Shown: positions 62,001 to 64,000 of the stretch, one piece after another
Position numbering within the stretch: position 1 is the stretch's first letter
Layout of the letters: every line of letters starts with the position of its first letter
Source of the DNA: Rhodosorus marinus CCMP1338
Taxonomy: Eukaryota > Plantae > Rhodophyta
Direction: 5' to 3'
DNA length: 64,000 nucleotides
Assembly: GCA_029953675.1 (NCBI GenBank)
Contig: JAMWBK010000006.1
Coordinates: forward strand, 248,001-312,000
Notes under the pieces: model-generated
Database searches by the model: none
Seen by the model: only the letters and a program-made list of their open reading frames with translations
What the model was told of the DNA's origin: nothing
Translations under genes and position numbers: made by a program

Positions 62001-62550
62001 GAGTGCGGATGGGTGCGCGTCCACAGAGAAAGCGTACAAAATCAAACGATCCGAAGCACCGCAATGCGTACCTGGTGGCATCTGAAACCGCAACCTCAGC
62101 CTGATGAGCTGAGACCGATACTCTTGCAATGGCAGTTTTTAGATTTTGGATCTGTTCAACGGCAGCGGCGACTTCCATGGCGGATTTGGCACCTCCGTGC
62201 CTTTCTATTCGAACGATTTCTTCTAGTTCGGCATCAAGTGATCTTAGGCCTGTTGTGTTGCACAGCGACAACAAGAAAATCAATTCTATGAGACGAAGAC
62301 TTGGGCATCGGACCACGTCTATATTCAAAGATGAGGACTCTATAGATTTCCGATGTAAACTCATACCTTCTTTCAGCTTTTCCAGAAAGTTTTCGAGGTC
62401 GTTGTCAAGTGACTGCTCACTTGGAAACCTCCTGTTGATAAAATCCGTAACATCGAGCTTCTCCGGACCGATCAGGTCCAGCTCGTTCTCAATGCCAGTC
62501 TTTTTAAGACCTACGTCTCTCCCTACATTATCTACATCCTCGCTTTTCAT
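59019..62550 (-). CDS. VPS53: Vacuolar protein sorting 53 (GARP/EARP subunit), multi-exon
   Basis: Motifs DVTDFINRRFPSEQSL, TRDIKPLDCARRNL, LDKRFAWLRR..IFPTDWGV, ALQRTVEFENEL, IMSTCFEPYM, LKSSTELFLHI, FMTKTNW, QQVLLDASVIKTLL and EQLLELKG. Confidence 0.92.
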
Positions 62551-64000
62551 CGTAGTTCATACGTTTCCAGTTGTCCAAAAAAGAAGCAACTGCTCTGAGT
62601 ACCACAGGACGCCAAAGTTTCACGTTTTCTCCACAGTTTCGGTCCAAACGTTTAGTAAAACTTTTCTTAAATGGAATGAAATCCTAATTTCACAAACAAT
62701 GAAGAATACTGATCAAATTTCCAAACCATTCCGACAGCTCCCCTCTCGGTTCAACTGCATCGCTTTCCTCAGTTCACATCAAATCGAAACCATCCTTATC
62801 CGAACGACCAAAAACGAAATCCCAATCTAACTACTTTAAAAAAAACAAATATCCATCTATTCAATCTACTTATTTCCTATTTACATAATAAATTACCCAA
62901 TCATTGAGAGCAACGATGCCAGTACAAAATATTCCAAACATAAGAAGTGATAGTAACATACACTTAATTTCAAAACAAATCAATAATATTCAACCAATAA
63001 AAATACGTTTTGAACGTTCAATCACTGTCCAAACACTTTGTACGGCAACATACTTTCTTCATCATCTAATTATTTATAATATTAAATATAAATCATATGC
63101 AGTGGACGTATTCAAAAACACACAACACGAAAAAAAAAGAATCTAATTTGTTTCTAATACAATATAACCTTCACGGCCATTTAATAACCGCAACCGAACA
63201 AATTTCGGTCAAATTCACGCACAGAACTAAAACAGCTTGAATTATTCCTTAAAACAAGTCAGCTGACACGTAATAAGGCAAACCCTTTGTTCCGAAATAT
63301 TAGCACGATTGGAACCTCTCAAGATCACTATAATTATTCAAAAGTTTCTATTATTCAAATATATATTTGCTCCTGTAACGAAATTTTATATATGTTTTGT
63401 TAAATATATTGTATTAATGTATATTTAGACGATAGTATGTCATTTGTAACTTCCGAGAGTGCATGTATTCTGGAACAGATGAATGTATTGAAAATTGGGC
63501 TCTTTGGGAGTTTGTTAGTGTTTTTTGTCTTCTTATTGAAGGAGACTTTTGGGAGTACTTTAGTGGATTGAGGGAGAAGTGGTTGGCATTGTGTGAGGAT
63601 CGCTGACTTGACGACTTGTGAAAATAAATTTCCTATGGTTTTTCTTGATCTTCAGTAAGAGGAATCAGCTTTTTATCTTCAAACTGTCGAAGAGAAGGAG
63701 AAATTCTTTTGTGAGTTGGGGATGGGGGACGTGTGTATGTCGTTGTTTTGCTTGAGGGTGATTTGAGAAGGCTTGACTGGAGGTTCGTTGTGTTTTTAGA
63801 GTTCTTCTTCTGACATTTTCCTCGAATGAAGGGTAAAAAGGCCTGAACAAACCGTTGATTAGATGTTGGCCCCCTCATTTTTGTCAAATCTCTTTGCCTT
63901 TGGTCTGTGACGAGCGCAGCGGCGAGGTTGAGGAGCTTATCCTCCTCAAGTATTTGTTTGATTGATAAAGCAGGGCATGATGGTTTCCACTATCAGTGGT

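Noticed and set aside
61287-62830. 334-aa and 233-aa + ORFs
   Set aside because: Antisense shadows of VPS53 exons.
1-64000. Prokaryotic operon, defence island, prophage or intact transposon
   Set aside because: Genes are spliced eukaryotic housekeeping genes; no RT, integrase, transposase, Cas or phage motifs were seen in any listed frame.

Overview
Compact, intron-rich eukaryotic nuclear DNA with GT-AG introns mostly 60-120 bp, often with CTAAC/CTGAC branch points. It is most likely from a red alga (inference from MAFV/GFIP-type plastid transit peptides, fibrillin and RETICULATA genes, and an Mdv1/Mda1-like WD40 gene). I assembled 18 protein-coding genes by hand from splice signals. In order: SPT6 (5' part), RBBP6/Mpe1, an unknown plastid single-TM protein, a TrhO/TSTD2 rhodanese, ISA1, PAP-fibrillin, a GNAT, YeeE/YedE, a Sel1-repeat protein, an Mdv1-like protein, CLEC16A/TT9, PDH E1-alpha, prefoldin 6, an mS26-like protein, a WNK-ankyrin kinase, prolidase, a CaMK-like kinase, a RETICULATA-related protein and VPS53. 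Genes are separated by AT-rich promoter islands and several ORF-poor intervals. I saw no rRNA, tRNA, CRISPR array or recognisable transposon ORF, and no clear new multi-gene system. The most interesting signals are a WNK kinase fused to three ankyrin modules, an RBBP6/Mpe1 lacking its RING domain, a Sel1 protein with a novel triple N-terminal repeat, a perfect 35-bp duplication of a splice acceptor, and recurring promoter-island motifs. All homology calls come from motif recognition, not database searches.
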